Shown here: piece by piece, positions 62,353-64,000 of the stretch
Numbering within the stretch: the stretch's first letter is position 1
How the letters are laid out: each line of letters opens with the position of its first letter
Assembly: GCF_044704955.1 (NCBI RefSeq)
Contig: NC_091999.1
Location: 54,870,001-54,934,000, forward strand
DNA: 64,000 bases
Source of the DNA: Pristiophorus japonicus
Lineage: Eukaryota
Reading direction: 5' to 3'
The notes under the pieces: generated by a model
The model's input: only the letters and a program-made list of their open reading frames with translations
Told to the model about the DNA's origin: nothing
The model's database searches: none
Made by a program: the position numbers and the translations under genes

Positions 62353-63825
62353 ATGGGAAATGGCTCTAGTCGAGCAGGGCGCTTACACCCAGTTCCTAGA
62401 GAAGGAAAGAAGGACGATCCCTCGACTGAAAGAATGAAGTTAAATCCTCAAACCGAGAAGAAAATCCGTAAGGTAGTAAAGCAACGAGAGAAGGTAGGAG
62501 ATCCCATCGTGCCGCCCGGCTCGCCGGCGGACACTGTCATTAAAGAAACCGGAGATGACAGATACGCGGTAACGTTTAGCAGCGATTTGTACGGTTGGTC
62601 TGATGGGGACTGGCCGTACGGAGGAAGCTTTAAGTTATGCTTAATAGAGGAATGGAGAAAAATAACCAGAGAAGGAGGGAGAGATCATACATGGGATAAG
62701 GACTACATGGAAAACTGTTTTAAAAAATGGACAGAGGTTGCCAAGAGGTATCAACCCCCCAAAATTAAACCGGAAGGAAAAGAAAAGGGAAAAGGTGAAA
62801 ACCCTCCCTCTTACAGTCCTCCGGGTTTTCCTATCCCCTCAGCACCTGTAGTAGGACTTTACCCTCGCATAGAACCCCCAAAACAAGATAGCTGGCAGGA
62901 ACTTATAGAAATAATCACTGCCCATAGAAATCAAGCTCCGAGGGAACTAGCAGCCCCTCCGGCTCGCTCACCTAATGACGGGGCCGGTGGAGTAAACCCG
63001 GAAGCATCAGGGGCAGGGGAAGCTAGACCTATAGAGCACGGAGAAGTTAGTCGGGACCAGGGAGAAAGAAATCCCTATCCAACAAGGCTGCAAACGGCCA
63101 GAGAACGAGAAGGAGAACAGGCACAGGCCGATTCTACTGTACAACTGCCTCGGGTAATGAGAGGATCTACTGCAGTCTTAAAACCATGGTCCCCCGGAGA
63201 AGCCAGAGATATGATCTCGGCCGCCCGAAATCCGGTGAAGAAACCGGTAGCATTTCACAACTGCCTTGAGCAAACATGTACAATTTACAATCCACTCCCA
63301 GGAGATGTTAAATTACTATTGCAAGCAGCCTATGGATCTTCCTGGCAGGGGGTAAAGGATATGTTCCCCATCCCAGCAGGGGAACACGGAGACTGGAGAG
63401 TTAATGATGACTTGGTAGAGGCCGGCAATGAGTCATTAAACCATTTGCTGAAACACCGAGGAAAGAACGCAATTATGCAAGGGGCTAAAAAGCATGGGGA
63501 TGTAGGGGAAGTCACCCGCTGCTTACAGAAGGCGGAAGAATCAATGATAGACTTCGCCGGCAGATGGAAAAATAGCTGGGACGAACATGCCGGAATACCC
63601 ATGGATCAACATGAACCATTGGCAGTACAAACCTTAATAAATTGTACGTTGCCACAACACGCGAGAACCTATAAAATAAAGGTTCTAGACTGGCAAGGAA
63701 AAGGTTGGAAAGAGACCATTACAGTACTAGCCAATATGGATAGAGAGGAACTATTCACCTATAGAGACAATAAGGCCAAAACGACAGGTCAATACTATCA
63801 GCAAAAAGGAAAAGGGTACACATAG
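62353..63825 (+). CDS. gag: Retroviral Gag (MA-late domains-CA), 490 aa; NC continues in frame after the TAG
   Basis: MGNGSS myristoylation start; WPYGGSF (gamma-type MA motif); PPSY, PSAP and LYPRI late motifs; CA motifs KPWSPGE and YNPLPGDVKLLL; MHR QKAEESMIDFAGRW. Confidence 0.93.
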   Translation: MGNGSSRAGRLHPVPREGKKDDPSTERMKLNPQTEKKIRKVVKQREKVGDPIVPPGSPADTVIKETGDDRYAVTFSSDLYGWSDGDWPYGGSFKLCLIEEWRKITREGGRDHTWDKDYMENCFKKWTEVAKRYQPPKIKPEGKEKGKGENPPSYSPPGFPIPSAPVVGLYPRIEPPKQDSWQELIEIITAHRNQAPRELAAPPARSPNDGAGGVNPEASGAGEARPIEHGEVSRDQGERNPYPTRLQTAREREGEQAQADSTVQLPRVMRGSTAVLKPWSPGEARDMISAARNPVKKPVAFHNCLEQTCTIYNPLPGDVKLLLQAAYGSSWQGVKDMFPIPAGEHGDWRVNDDLVEAGNESLNHLLKHRGKNAIMQGAKKHGDVGEVTRCLQKAEESMIDFAGRWKNSWDEHAGIPMDQHEPLAVQTLINCTLPQHARTYKIKVLDWQGKGWKETITVLANMDREELFTYRDNKAKTTGQYYQQKGKGYT

Positions 63826-64000
63826 AATAATAAAGGAGGGTTTCGGGGACAAGGACGAGGAAGGGGAAGAGGACAGTGGCCCCCACGAGATCGATCCCAA
63901 GATGAGTGTAGAAATTGTGGAAGAAAAGGACATTGGGCCCGGGATTGCAGATGCCCACCGAAGCAGCCTGGAAGGTTACAAGGGAACTTCCCCGAACCTC
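63826..64000 (+). pseudogene. gag: Gag nucleocapsid region beyond the in-frame TAG (RG-rich tract plus CCHC zinc knuckle at 63907-63948)
   Basis: Same frame: NNKGGFRGQGRGRGRGQWPPRDRSQDECRNCGRKGHWARDCRCPPKQ... Confidence 0.92.

Overview
This is eukaryotic DNA from a cartilaginous fish (shark-type); it is repeat-rich and has two N gaps. (1) 1-~17530: edge of a tandem tRNA-gene array. The unit is ~2.0-2.4 kb, all tRNAs are on the - strand, and it contains tRNA-Leu(TAA), an AG-rich spacer, tRNA-Asp(GTC), tRNA-Ser and a truncated DeuSINE/SacSINE1-like SINE. Most tRNA copies are degenerate and two CR1 LINEs are inserted. (2) ~17530-27330, - strand: a shark IgM heavy-chain cluster with promoter, leader, intact VH (23-RSS), a single free D (12/22-RSS), a JH carrying a 12-spacer RSS (apparent germline D2-J join or RSS swap), a 7.3 kb intron and an intact Cmu1 exon. 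No Cmu2-4 exon is found; the tRNA array starts ~630 bp after Cmu1. (3) ~29000-61400: CR1 fragments, SINEs, and 27-bp and 67-bp satellites, organised as 3-4 diverged copies of a multi-kb segment. (4) 61428-64000: 5' end of a class I (gamma/epsilon-like) endogenous retrovirus with LTR, tRNA-Ser PBS and an open gag interrupted by one TAG just before the zinc knuckle. Most ORFs in the supplied track are artefacts of satellites or decayed LINEs. Element boundaries were read by eye; LINE and satellite ends are approximate.
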